Part shown: positions 1-9,356 of the stretch, one piece after another | Layout of the letters: every line of letters begins with the position of its first letter | How positions within the stretch are numbered: the first letter of the stretch is position 1 | NCBI GenBank assembly: GCA_963835555.1 | Contig: CAWIGC010000036.1 | Coordinates: forward strand, 34,231-98,230 | Direction: 5' to 3' | Length of the DNA stretch: 64,000 bases | From: an uncultured Solibacteraceae bacterium | Lineage (GTDB): Bacteria; Acidobacteriota; Terriglobia; Bryobacterales; Bryobacteraceae | Program-made: the position numbers and the translations under genes | The notes under the pieces: generated by a model | Databases searched by the model: none | What the model was told of the DNA's origin: nothing | What the model saw: the letters and a program-made list of their open reading frames with translations, nothing else

Positions 1-156
1 TTTCGATTATGCTCGCGGAGACACCGCGCTGGTAAAGTTGCGCGGCCAGCATGCGATCTGCACGACGGACCGTTCCCATCGTACCCGGCGTTTTGCGGTA
101 CGCCTCCAGAACCTGGCGAATGTACTCTTCGCAGCCGTCGTCCACGATGGTACTCC

Positions 157-882
157 TCAACTTTGTGGCAGGCGCAGCGACGGCCCGTCAATGTGCACGG
201 TGTGGCAGTAGTGCCGCAGACGGCTCAGCAGCGCTTCCACCATCGGGCGATTGCCCAGAAAGTTCGGCCACTCGTCATACACCAGATTCGTTGTAATGAT
301 TGTGGAATGCTGGCGGTAACGCTCCTCCATCAGCTTGAAAAAGATGTTGGACTGCTCCGGTTTCAGATTCAAATACCCAAATTCGTCGATCAAGAGGACG
401 TCCAACCGCGCCAGGCGCTTGAGCAACTGCCGCGAAGATCGATCCGCCAGCGAGGCATACATCTCGTCGAATAAGTCCTGAGCCTTGACGAATTGGCAGC
501 GATAGCCGTTCTCCAGCGCCTTCAGCAGTAGGCTACAAGCCAATCCGGTTTTACCTCTTCCGGTTTCTCCGACCAGCACGATATTTTCCGCCTTGGTGAT
601 GAACTCCAGTTCCGCAAACCCACGAATCTGTTTGCGATTCACGCCCGGTTGGCGGGCAAAAGGGAAGGTCTCCAGCGACCAGCGCTCGGGCAGATTGGCG
701 CGCCGGATTCGCCACTCCAACGCGCCCTCCTGCCTGGCCTGAAACTGCGCGCGCACCAGGCGCGTGACAAACTCCGAGTAACTGATATCGTCCTTGTCGG
801 CGGCGCGCAACTGTTCGTCATAGATCTCCAGGATGCGCCGCAGCTTGAGATTCTTCAGCAGTTGTTCCAGTTCTTCAGTCAT
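157..882 (-). CDS. istB: IS21-family helper ATPase IstB
   Basis: 241 aa. Walker A motif GETGRGKTGLACSL and DnaA-like AAA fold. The C-terminal half matches IstB. It overlaps the istA stop by 8 nt. Confidence 0.85.
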   Translation of the reverse strand: MTEELEQLLKNLKLRRILEIYDEQLRAADKDDISYSEFVTRLVRAQFQARQEGALEWRIRRANLPERWSLETFPFARQPGVNRKQIRGFAELEFITKAENIVLVGETGRGKTGLACSLLLKALENGYRCQFVKAQDLFDEMYASLADRSSRQLLKRLARLDVLLIDEFGYLNLKPEQSNIFFKLMEERYRQHSTIITTNLVYDEWPNFLGNRPMVEALLSRLRHYCHTVHIDGPSLRLPQS

Positions 883-2275
883 CGCCGGATTCCTCTTCGA
901 GCAGAAAGTATTCGCGGGTCACGCGGCGCAAGATCATCCGTTCCAGCCGGTCCAGATCGTAAAGACCATAACGGCCGGCTTCGCGCACGGCGCCCAACAG
1001 CGGTTCCCGTGGATACTCCCTCACCAGACGTAACAGTTGCCGCAGGGCAAGCGTGACTACCTTGCGGCTCCGTTGTTTCAACCCAGCGACATAGTCGGCC
1101 AACTCAGGCGCGGCCGTGACAATGGCCTTCTCTTCGGGATGCGGATCGGGCCGCGCGTCTCTCTGGCCGCGCGGAGGACGATGCTCGGCCAGCATCACTC
1201 GCTGGTGCTCGGCTTCGGCGATGCGCCGGTGCGTGACCAGACGGCGGGCATCGAGCTGAATCTCGATCTTGTCCTTGGTTTCGCGCACCTCCACGCGGCG
1301 GCCGATCCAGTCCACCGGGACTGAGTAGCGGTTGCTGTTCAGCGCCACATATCCTTCGATATCGACCAGGCGCTGCTGCAGCCGGTAGACTTCCGGAATC
1401 CATGCCGGCAACGGCTTCAGATGCAGTCGCTCGACGGCGAACAGTTCACGGGGAACCGCGCGGATATGCTTCTTGTAAGTCGAGTTGACCTTATCGCACC
1501 ACTCCCGCGCCCTCTGATTGAGATCCTCCCAACTGCTGAAGGTGCGCCCTGCCAGAAAGTTGTTCTCGATGAAATGGAACGGCCGTTCTACGCGCGCCGA
1601 ACGGTTCGCATTCCCAATCGCGTGCGCCACGAACTGAAAGCCGAAACGCTCTCCAAAGGCGGCCATCTCCGGCACCGGCACCATGTCGCGTCCGCTGCCG
1701 CGCAGCACCACCACGTGCGTGTTATCGATCATGACCCGCCCGGTCGCACCGCCGAAGTACCGCAGCGCTTCGGTGAGAAAAACCTTGCAGTCGAAACGTC
1801 GGAAGTTTGGATAACACTGGAAGAACAGCATCCGCGAATAGCACAGCACCGCCGAGGCGGTCTGCACTTTCCTTTTCCTGCCGCCCAGTTCGAGTTCGTG
1901 GGGAGACGTGTCGTGCTGAACCTCTTCACCCGGCGCAAACGCATACTGGCCCGCCGGTGTGGGCGGCGCGTATCCGATTCCATGCCGCCGGCAGAACGCC
2001 GTTAACGCAGTATACGATAACTGCGCGCCGCCCGATACTAACTCCTCATGGACTCGCACGAGATTCCCCTTGCACCGGTCGAAAAGCTCCAGGATCTGTT
2101 GGCGGTGAGGTTCGGCCTTCTCGGTTCGGTGCAGTTCCGGCACCGCGTTGGAGTTCGAGCGGAGGACTTTGCGCACCGCCACGCGCGAGATCCCCAGCAC
2201 CCGCGCGATCTCCCGTTTGCTCACTTGCTGCGTGTTCAGTTCCAGAATCGCGGTGCGTTGCGCTTGGCTCAACAT
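875..2275 (-). CDS. istA: IS21-family transposase IstA
   Basis: The ORF runs 875..2386; the probable start is the Met in MLSQAQRTAILELN. It has an N-terminal HTH, an rve-type DDE integrase core and the IstA C-terminal domain. Confidence 0.85.
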   Translation of the reverse strand: MLSQAQRTAILELNTQQVSKREIARVLGISRVAVRKVLRSNSNAVPELHRTEKAEPHRQQILELFDRCKGNLVRVHEELVSGGAQLSYTALTAFCRRHGIGYAPPTPAGQYAFAPGEEVQHDTSPHELELGGRKRKVQTASAVLCYSRMLFFQCYPNFRRFDCKVFLTEALRYFGGATGRVMIDNTHVVVLRGSGRDMVPVPEMAAFGERFGFQFVAHAIGNANRSARVERPFHFIENNFLAGRTFSSWEDLNQRAREWCDKVNSTYKKHIRAVPRELFAVERLHLKPLPAWIPEVYRLQQRLVDIEGYVALNSNRYSVPVDWIGRRVEVRETKDKIEIQLDARRLVTHRRIAEAEHQRVMLAEHRPPRGQRDARPDPHPEEKAIVTAAPELADYVAGLKQRSRKVVTLALRQLLRLVREYPREPLLGAVREAGRYGLYDLDRLERMILRRVTREYFLLEEESGDD

Positions 2276-3176
2276 GCGGTTTCTTCTCCGGTAGTATTTC
2301 TTCCTCGATGCAGCGGAGTTGCTTTTGAATGCGTTCGATCTGGTGTCGTGCGGCTTTCGCTTGCTGGTCATCCAACTCCGTGACAACGGCGCCCGCCAGC
2401 CGCCGCTGCGCGCGGTTCACAATCGCCACCACCATTTCCAGATCGCCTAATAGCTCAGCCCCGGTCCCGGCCGGACCTTTCTCCTGCACTTGCCGCTGCG
2501 TTTTGAAAAACAGTGCGGGATCGTCCAGAATCCGTTTGCGGATTGCGGGCGAACCTTTGCGCCACGCGCCATACAGTTGGCCGGCTTCCCGCGTATCGCA
2601 GTGGTGTTCAGTGAAGATGGCGGCCATCCGCTCGCAATCCTCCAGGCTTTGACGGGCTACCGGCACCAGAAACTTCATCGCTACCTGCGCCAGAATCTTG
2701 CCCTCGCGCACCTGCTGCTGGATCGCTTCCGGCAGAATCTCCGCCAGCGCCAGCCGCCGCGATACCCAGCTCACGCTGCGGTCGAACCGGCGCGCCAACT
2801 CACCGAGGCTATAGCGGAAGCGCCGCTCCAACTCCGCCAGCAGCCAGCCCACCTCCAACGCGGTCTCGTGTTCGGACAGTCGCAGCGAGCGGTCCAGCAG
2901 CACCGCCGCGGCCTCTTTCATCGGCCACACCACGGCTTCCACTGTGTCCCGGCCCAGTTGCTCCAGCGCCGCGATCCGCTTATAGCCGTCGATGACGACG
3001 TAGCGGTCCGCTTGGTCTTCGGCCTCTACTGCCACGATCGGCGCTTGCTGGCCCACTTCGGCCAGCGACGCCAACAGTCGCCGCTGCCGCGCCGGGTGGC
3101 GCACTCGCAGGTGCTCCCAACGCCGATCGAGTTGGTGAAACTCCAGTTGCATCGGACAGGATGAATGTAAGGCCAC
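2046..3176 (-). CDS. ParB-like nuclease domain protein (3' end reads through into the IS21 terminus)
   Basis: The ParB N-terminal nuclease motif (VVIDGYKRIAALEQLG) is followed by an HTH and a coiled-coil. The last ~90 codons are low-complexity read-through that overlaps the istA 5' region, so the native 3' end is uncertain or disrupted. Confidence 0.5.
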   Translation of the reverse strand: MALHSSCPMQLEFHQLDRRWEHLRVRHPARQRRLLASLAEVGQQAPIVAVEAEDQADRYVVIDGYKRIAALEQLGRDTVEAVVWPMKEAAAVLLDRSLRLSEHETALEVGWLLAELERRFRYSLGELARRFDRSVSWVSRRLALAEILPEAIQQQVREGKILAQVAMKFLVPVARQSLEDCERMAAIFTEHHCDTREAGQLYGAWRKGSPAIRKRILDDPALFFKTQRQVQEKGPAGTGAELLGDLEMVVAIVNRAQRRLAGAVVTELDDQQAKAARHQIERIQKQLRCIEEEILPEKKPHVEPSATHRDSGTEHAASEQTGDRAGAGDLARGGAQSPPLELQRGAGTAPNREGRTSPPTDPGAFRPVQGESRASP

Positions 3177-3757
3177 GGCCGCCGGCGGATCAATATCTCC
3201 GGATTAAATCGCGCGCCTGTTTCCAACGCCGTTCCCGCTCCTGGACGCGCTCTAGCGCACACCGGCAGTCGTGCGAGCAGAAGCGTTGTAAAGGACTTCG
3301 CCGCGCACGCACGAACCTCACGTAGCAGCCAGGCCGGTCGCACGAATAGTCGAAAAAAATGTTCTGTAGTGATGACCCTCGCGGCCTCGTGAACCGCCCC
3401 TGGCTCTGGCGGTTTCCGGTTTTTCACGCGCTCCCGGTAGCGTCGGCTTTGAGCGTTCCGTTGCTGCTTGCAGGCCCTGGTCGCCCGGTATTTTTCCTGC
3501 GCCTTCCAGCGCGACCATTTCCGCGCCGCTTTCCGGCATTCTTCGCTGCAATAGCGCTGGCGCGCCTGCCGCGGATGGAAGCGCTCCTCGCACCCTTTCA
3601 GCAGGCAGCACCGCATCCGCGGCCGACGCGGCAATCGCTTCCGCCGACCCTCTTGATTTTCGGGATGACCTGTAGCATTCTCGGGAGGGCCCATGGGAGG
3701 TGATGACTCCCAGAAGCTCCTGCCCTGGAGGGGAATCCACTCCTCTCCAGGGCGCAA
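3026..3757 (-). CDS. Zinc-ribbon containing hypothetical protein
   Basis: Cys4 motif CLLKGC-x13-CSEECRKAARKW, typical of small Zn-ribbon proteins on mobile elements. It overlaps the start of the ParB-like ORF, and the true start is probably internal (MRCCLLKGC). Weak call. Confidence 0.35.
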   Translation of the reverse strand: MRPGEEWIPLQGRSFWESSPPMGPPENATGHPENQEGRRKRLPRRPRMRCCLLKGCEERFHPRQARQRYCSEECRKAARKWSRWKAQEKYRATRACKQQRNAQSRRYRERVKNRKPPEPGAVHEAARVITTEHFFRLFVRPAWLLREVRACAAKSFTTLLLARLPVCARARPGAGTALETGARFNPEILIRRRPWPYIHPVRCNWSFTNSIGVGSTCECATRRGSGDCWRRWPKWASKRRSWQ

Positions 3758-3906
3758 ACCTCCGGCTCAATTACGAAATCAACACTCTAACTCAAAGGCC
3801 ATCTGTTTTGGTGATGTTCCACGCCCGCGCTACGGCGACCGTGTGGGCAACGACGCGGAATGCCATCATGGAAATTACCGCCGCTCACTAACGGAGCAAT
3901 TCTGGG

Positions 3907-5234
3907 ATGAGCAGACATTGGAACGTCACACGTAGGCAGGCCCAAGGGGAGCGATTCCTTAGAATGGCAGCCGCAGCTGATGTTGCCGCCGCGAGGGCGC
4001 TGTGGAAGGACCCACGTACTCCGGTTCATCGACGATGTCTCGCTGCGAGAGCAATCGGTCTGCTCGGAAAACACGGGCCTAGTTGGCTAGCCGAGGGCAT
4101 AGACGATGACGATTCGCCCTCGGCCGGGCCCGACGACACGGGACCAGCGACGCTGAGCGACGCCGGGCCGCCGAAAGCCGAATGCGCGAGCAGGAAGAAG
4201 CAGCACAGAAGACACAGCAGTTGGGCGCGAGTTCGCTTTCGAACGTGATCGGGATCCTTCAAGATCAGTCCGAAAACGCAGAAAGACGTGTTGAGGCTGC
4301 TGCAATTCTGCGTGGGTTGAGGTGCAGAGACGCGGTCGGGCCCCTAATCGAGGTCCTAGCGGTACCTTCGCAAGAGCGAGCGCTGCGGCACGGACGACTA
4401 ACGTTCAGAAGCCCGTTAAATGGCTGGTTCGCTCACTCATGAGCCATGTGATTACTAGATGAAAGAACTAGTCAAGTCGACCAAATTAGCTCACCGCCAT
4501 TGCTGGAACGGGCTATAGTTGCGTACTCCGCCGATGTGATCAATAAACCAAATGGGTTGGTTTTGACGGCCATTTGGCGCTGGTCGCGAGCACCCATGCC
4601 CGGATAGTGACCGAAATCAGGCCGTTCTGAGGCGGTTCGTAGTCCAAAAGGGCGGGGTTTCTACGATGTTCTTTCATCTAGGAGAGAATCACGCCGAGTC
4701 CAATGTTTACAGCTCTGTTCGGGAGCGAATTGGCTCCATCTCGCGAAGGTAGGGCTAGCCGAAGGACAGCAGGCGTTGTCGTGGATGTGCATGTCTGCGC
4801 TCACGACAATCGGCAGTCGGCGAGGCGCGCGTCGACTGATCCAGATCGCTGGGGGCAACCACCCATTGCCGGCCAGACAGGAGGCCATCTACACCCTCTG
4901 GCACCTAAGGGAATTGCGCGCCGAATCTCTATTCATCCGAGTGTCATCTGCTCTGGACACAGAAGAAGAGTACACACGAGACATGGCAACAGAGGCTCTC
5001 GGCAATACCGCGTGGCGGCCCCGGACACAGAGAGCCCTTTCGGAGCGGCTGTTCGATCCCTCTGTCTCAGTTCGATATGCTGCTCTGTGCGCGGCTGGAC
5101 ACGTAGATTCCCAGACACGTTCCTACCTTCGCGACGCGATAATCGCCAAGCTTGCGGATCCCGCCAAAGTGGACGACAACCGCGTGATTGCGGCACTCGC
5201 CGGCCAGTTGCTCGGCGTCGCCCCTGAGAAGTGA
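3907..5234 (+). pseudogene. HEAT/PBS-lyase-like repeat protein gene fragments (frameshift and stop interrupted)
   Basis: Three ORFs (3907..4248, 4182..4442 and 4776..5234) in two frames each carry HEAT-like repeats (RCLAARAIGLLG; RVEAAAILRGLRCRDAVGPLIEVL; VRYAALCAAGHV). A low-GC stretch with an internal IR element lies between them. Confidence 0.4.
4455..4681. repeat. 227-bp low-GC segment bounded by 14-bp perfect inverted repeats (MITE-like)
   Basis: CTAGATGAAAGAAC at 4455..4468 and its reverse complement GTTCTTTCATCTAG at 4668..4681. Confidence 0.45.
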
Positions 5235-5588
5235 CTGCCGGCTCCAGGGTCCCCCCAGTAACTCTCCCATAGTCCATCGTTCCCGATCCCGCTGCGGATC
5301 CATTTAGCCCCCTACTTGATACTTCCATCCGTGACCTGCACCTTCGAGACCCGCCTAAAGACCGCCTGGGTCAGTTTTGCAAAGCAGACGTGGGTCACTC
5401 TTGCCGCGCGCCCAAGCTCCCTTCGCCGCCGCGTTCCCGAACCGACCCGCTTTGCGAGTGCCTGGAGGTCTGATCGCCTGATAAACTACCCACCCAATTG
5501 CCCACCCACGAGTGTACTTTTGGTACTTAAAATGAAGTATTTTGCAAAAATATTTGCTTTGTACTCAAGGAGATAGCGAAGGCCGCAA

Positions 5589-5637
5589 GCTTCGGGACCA
5601 GGAGGTCGGTGGTTCGAATCCACTCGCCCCGACCAAC
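5589..5637 (+). repeat. tRNA 3'-end-like fragment (T-arm + acceptor 3' strand + CCA), copy 1; att-like direct repeat
   Basis: GGTGG-TTCGAAT-CCACT T-arm (5608..5624), CGCCCCG acceptor strand, discriminator A, CCA (5633..5635). There is no matching 5' acceptor strand (CGGGGCG) upstream, so this is not a complete tRNA. Confidence 0.55.
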
Positions 5638-5756
5638 CTTCTCAAATACTTACAGACATTTCATTGCAGCGACAGGGTCCGCCGTGGACCCTACTCCGAC
5701 CCGGATGTGTACCGGGGCTGGTCTCGCGAATGCCGCTCGTGCCTGCGGTTGAGACT

Positions 5757-6191
5757 CTATCGGAAAGCCAAGTCGCGATAGCCCAACCACAGGAGCGGCC
5801 GAGATTCGATGGCCTTGACTGCCTTCCCAAGCTCGTATTGGCACAGACCCAACGAGTGATTGCATTCCTGGCCTGTGTAGTACTTCTTCAGGGTCGGCAG
5901 GGCGCGACGGTCCCGCAACTGGCCCAGTGCCCAGACGGCACGATTACGGCCGCTCAGACTGCAACCTTCGCAAGCGACGAGAGCGGAAAGCGCTTCCACG
6001 CGGTCACCGGGATACTGCGCCATCGCTGACCGCGCCGTCTCGGTAACGCCGCCGCGGATCGATGCGAACACGGCGGTGTACCCCCCGAAGACAAACGCCA
6101 GAAATATAGCCAAAAGTATCAGAACCCAATTCCTGCGACTCGACGAGACACTCGATCGCATGACGTGGCCTCCTCGATCACGAGTGTACAC
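5757..6191 (-). CDS. Membrane-anchored HEAT-repeat protein
   Basis: 144 aa with an N-terminal hydrophobic helix and a PBS-lyase HEAT-like repeat (RNRAVWALGQLRDRRALPTL). It sits between the two tRNA-like direct repeats. Confidence 0.45.
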   Translation of the reverse strand: MYTRDRGGHVMRSSVSSSRRNWVLILLAIFLAFVFGGYTAVFASIRGGVTETARSAMAQYPGDRVEALSALVACEGCSLSGRNRAVWALGQLRDRRALPTLKKYYTGQECNHSLGLCQYELGKAVKAIESRPLLWLGYRDLAFR

Positions 6192-6275
6192 CCATGCACG
6201 TGTTCCCGGCCCTTATGGAAGACTTGGAAGCTTTTGTTTTCCGCAAACGACCCTCGTAAGTTATTGACATTTCCT

Positions 6276-6324
6276 GCTTCGGGACCAGAAGGTCGGTGGT
6301 TCGAAGCCACTCGCCCCGACCAAC
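6276..6324 (+). repeat. tRNA 3'-end-like fragment, copy 2 (47/49 identical to copy 1)
   Basis: Same 49-bp core, gcttcgggaccag[a]aggtcggtggttcgaa[g]ccactcgccccgaccaac, located 687 bp downstream of copy 1. Both copies are preceded by AT-rich sequence. Confidence 0.55.
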
Positions 6325-6379
6325 TAAATCTGTGAACCGAAAAACCGCAGTTGGATTCCGCGCATAAGAGCACAAGTCT

Positions 6380-7963
6380 TTGTTAAAAAGGGACATGTCG
6401 TTCGACAAGTCGGTGGAAACAACTCACCCAATGGGTGAGCTTGAAAAAGCTGGTGAGGTAGCGGAAGCGGAGAACTGCACGGTGGAAACCTACGCCGGCA
6501 AGGTGCGGATCCGCTGGGACGACTCGGCGGCAGTGACGGCCATGGGCCAGATGCCGGTCTTCATCGATTTCCTAAAGACCTCCGGCCGCTGGGATGCATT
6601 GGTGGCGGATTGTCCGTTACGATATACGAGCCCCAACGCGCCGGGCCTGGTGGACGTTCTGGGCACGTTGCTGATGAGTGTACTGGCGGGACAGTCGCGC
6701 TATGCGCACATCACCGGTCTGCGCGGGGACGGGGTCAATCCAGAATTGCTGGGGATGCGCAAGGTGATGAGCGAAGACTCGGCCCGAGGCGCGTTTAAGC
6801 AGGCCCCGCCAGAGGACACGCTGCAATGGTTAAGGCGGCATCTCCGGCAAACCTATGAACCCCTGTTGGAACATGCCTGGGTGATGGATCTGGACAGTAC
6901 GGTAAAGCCGTTGTATGGCAAACAAGAGAAGGCTGTGAAGGGCTACAACCCTACCAAGCCAGGACGGCCGTCGCATGTGGTACACACCTACCTGATCGCC
7001 CAGTTGCGTTTGGTTTTAGGGGCGGAAGTGCAAGCGGGCAATGAAGCCGCGTCCAGCCACGCGCAGCCGGGTTTCTGGGCCTATTTCGATACCTTGCCAC
7101 AGGCGTGTCGACCAGTCTTTGTGCGAGGCGATATCGGTTGGGGAAGCGAGCGGATGATGCAGGAGGCCGAACAGCGCGACCAGCCGTATTTATTCAAGAT
7201 TCGCCAAAGCGCCAAGATCAAGGAACTCCTGGCAGGCAGCTTCGCCATGGACCAATGGGAATCTGCCGGCCAAGGCTGGGAGGGGACTTGGAGCGAAGTG
7301 CGGTTGGCCGGCTGGACGAAGAAGCGCCGGATAATTATCTTGCGCCGGCCCTTGCCGGAAGACCTGGTGGTGGCGAGGCGGAAGGGGAAAGGCCGACGCC
7401 GTAAGGCGCAGTTGGAACTGGAAATGGGTTGGATGCAAGGAGGCACGGTGCTCTATGAATACGCCGTGCTGGTGACGACCCTGGAAGACGAGATCTTCAC
7501 GTTGGCCCAACATTACCGGGACCGGGGCGACGCGGAGAACAATTTTGACGAGTTGAAGAACCAGTGGGGCTGGCTGGGCTTCACGACGCACGATCACGCG
7601 CGCAGCGAGATGATGACCTTGTTCGTCGCTTTGGTTTACAACTGGTGGAGTTTGTTCACACGCCTGTCGAATCCCAACAAACGTGCCGAAGCGATTACCA
7701 CACGACCGCTATTGCTGCACGCCATCGGACGCAAAACCAGCCACAGCAATCAATCCACGGTGACGTTGACCAGCCTGCACGCCGAGGCCACCAAGATCCA
7801 GGCGGCGGTGAAGGCCGTGGCCGGCTTCCTGAGTTATATTCGATCAATCACGGAGCAGTTGAAGTCTGTGGAGCGATGGCGTCTTATCCTGCTCGCCGTC
7901 GTCCGAGCCTTTCCGCTAACGCCAGCGGTAGACAGTCCGCCCCTCGGATTCAACACGGCATAA
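6380..7963 (+). CDS. IS1380/IS4-like DDE transposase
   Basis: 527 aa. DDE_Tnp_1-type motifs: DSTVKPLYGKQEKAVKGYNPTKPGRPSH, and a C-terminal YRDRGDAENNFDELKNQWG...LVYNWW (the Y-x2-R-x3-E-x6-K signature). Confidence 0.7.
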   Translation: MLKRDMSFDKSVETTHPMGELEKAGEVAEAENCTVETYAGKVRIRWDDSAAVTAMGQMPVFIDFLKTSGRWDALVADCPLRYTSPNAPGLVDVLGTLLMSVLAGQSRYAHITGLRGDGVNPELLGMRKVMSEDSARGAFKQAPPEDTLQWLRRHLRQTYEPLLEHAWVMDLDSTVKPLYGKQEKAVKGYNPTKPGRPSHVVHTYLIAQLRLVLGAEVQAGNEAASSHAQPGFWAYFDTLPQACRPVFVRGDIGWGSERMMQEAEQRDQPYLFKIRQSAKIKELLAGSFAMDQWESAGQGWEGTWSEVRLAGWTKKRRIIILRRPLPEDLVVARRKGKGRRRKAQLELEMGWMQGGTVLYEYAVLVTTLEDEIFTLAQHYRDRGDAENNFDELKNQWGWLGFTTHDHARSEMMTLFVALVYNWWSLFTRLSNPNKRAEAITTRPLLLHAIGRKTSHSNQSTVTLTSLHAEATKIQAAVKAVAGFLSYIRSITEQLKSVERWRLILLAVVRAFPLTPAVDSPPLGFNTA

Positions 7964-8201
7964 TCGACGACGGCAACCGCTCTTTTTAGGGTGAAATCAT
8001 TGGCAGTTACAGCCGTGACCGCTGCGCGTTGCTGCCGGCAATACCCAGTCAGCGTCTATTGCGGAGCAGGGCCCGAGCGGCAAAGTCGTGCGGGCATTGT
8101 CCGTCTTACCGAAGAGGATATGCTTCGTCACGACATTCTGCCGGTGTAATCGGAAGCGCTCCTCAGGCTGGAGAGCGCAGTCAATCCGAACCGTCGTGAC
8201 C

Positions 8202-9353
8202 CTAATCCAGCGTCTTGTGGAAGCGCAGCGCGCTCAACCCCAGCACCGTTACGCCGTACACGAAGAGCGCCACCATCTGCGGCCACAACACCGAAGCGCC
8301 TACGCCTTTCAGAAAGATCCCGCGGACAATTTCGATGAAGTAGCGCAGCGGATTCAGGTAGGTCAGATACTGCACTGCCACCGGCATGTTTCGAATCGGA
8401 AAGGCGAAGCCGCTTAGCATAAAAGCCGGCGTCGAAAAAAAGAAATTCGCCATCATGGCCTGCTGCTGCGTTTGGGAAACAGTCGAAAGGAAAAGCCCGG
8501 CCCCCAAAGACGTCATGAGGAACAGCACTGAACAGAACAACAGCAGCAGCGGACTGCCGCGCAGCGGAATGTGAAACACCAGTAGCGCCGCCGCCGTAAT
8601 CAGCACCACGTCCAGCAATCCCACCACGGCAAACGGCAGAGTCTTCCCCAGCATCAACTCGATGGGCCGGATCGGTGTGACCATCAATTGCTCCATGGTG
8701 CCGATCTCCTTTTCCCTCACAATCGCCAGCGCCGTCAGCATCAGGGTGACCATCATGATGATGTTGGCCACCACGCCTGGCACGAAATAGTTGCGGCTGT
8801 GGAGGTCCGGATTGAACCAGACACGCGTGCGCGCCGGCACCGAGGGAAACGTCATGTTCGCCGCCGAATTCGGACTGCGCGTCAGGATGCGCACGTTCTG
8901 CTGCCCGGCCGTTACATCGCTCGAAAACTGCGCGATAATTTCGCCGGCGTAGCTGCCGACGATGGAAGCCGTGTTAGAGTTTGTCCCGTCGATCAGAATC
9001 TGCACTTCCGTGGCTTTGCCGCGATGAATGTCACGCTCAAAATCCGGCAGCACCCGGATCACCGCTTCCGCATTTCCGCGGTCCAGCACCTGGTGAACCT
9101 CTACTTCGTTGCGCGGCATGGCCACCACGTCGAAGCGTGCCGAGCCTTCAAACCGCTCCCGCAGATCGCGGCTCAGCGGCGTGCGATCCATGTCCATCCA
9201 GGCGATGCGTGCGTGGTCCACATCCAGGTTGACGGCGAACCCGAAGACCAACAGTTGAATCATCGGCGGCAGGAACAGAAGGATGCGCATACGCGGATCC
9301 CGCAATGCCTGAATCAGCTCTTTCCGCAAGATCACTAGAATTCGTTCCCACAT
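8202..9353 (-). CDS. ABC-2 family transporter permease (YbhR/YbhS-like)
   Basis: 383 aa with an ABC-2 membrane domain. The N-terminal MWERILVILRKELIQALRDPRM motif is typical of YhhJ/YbhR permeases. Confidence 0.8.
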   Translation of the reverse strand: MWERILVILRKELIQALRDPRMRILLFLPPMIQLLVFGFAVNLDVDHARIAWMDMDRTPLSRDLRERFEGSARFDVVAMPRNEVEVHQVLDRGNAEAVIRVLPDFERDIHRGKATEVQILIDGTNSNTASIVGSYAGEIIAQFSSDVTAGQQNVRILTRSPNSAANMTFPSVPARTRVWFNPDLHSRNYFVPGVVANIIMMVTLMLTALAIVREKEIGTMEQLMVTPIRPIELMLGKTLPFAVVGLLDVVLITAAALLVFHIPLRGSPLLLLFCSVLFLMTSLGAGLFLSTVSQTQQQAMMANFFFSTPAFMLSGFAFPIRNMPVAVQYLTYLNPLRYFIEIVRGIFLKGVGASVLWPQMVALFVYGVTVLGLSALRFHKTLD

Positions 9354-9356
9354 AAT

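Larger units (their letters stand above)
100..2420 (-). mobile_element. IS21-family insertion sequence (istA + istB); exact termini not resolved
   Basis: Adjacent overlapping istA (transposase) and istB (ATPase helper) ORFs in the typical IS21 arrangement. Inverted-repeat ends could not be identified confidently by eye. Confidence 0.55.

Noticed and set aside
5589-5637. Possible complete tRNA gene
   Set aside because: Only the T-arm, 3' acceptor strand and CCA are present. No complementary 5' acceptor strand (CGGGGCG) or D-arm lies within 100 bp upstream, and an anticodon stem cannot be paired consistently in either copy. It was called a tRNA-derived repeat instead.
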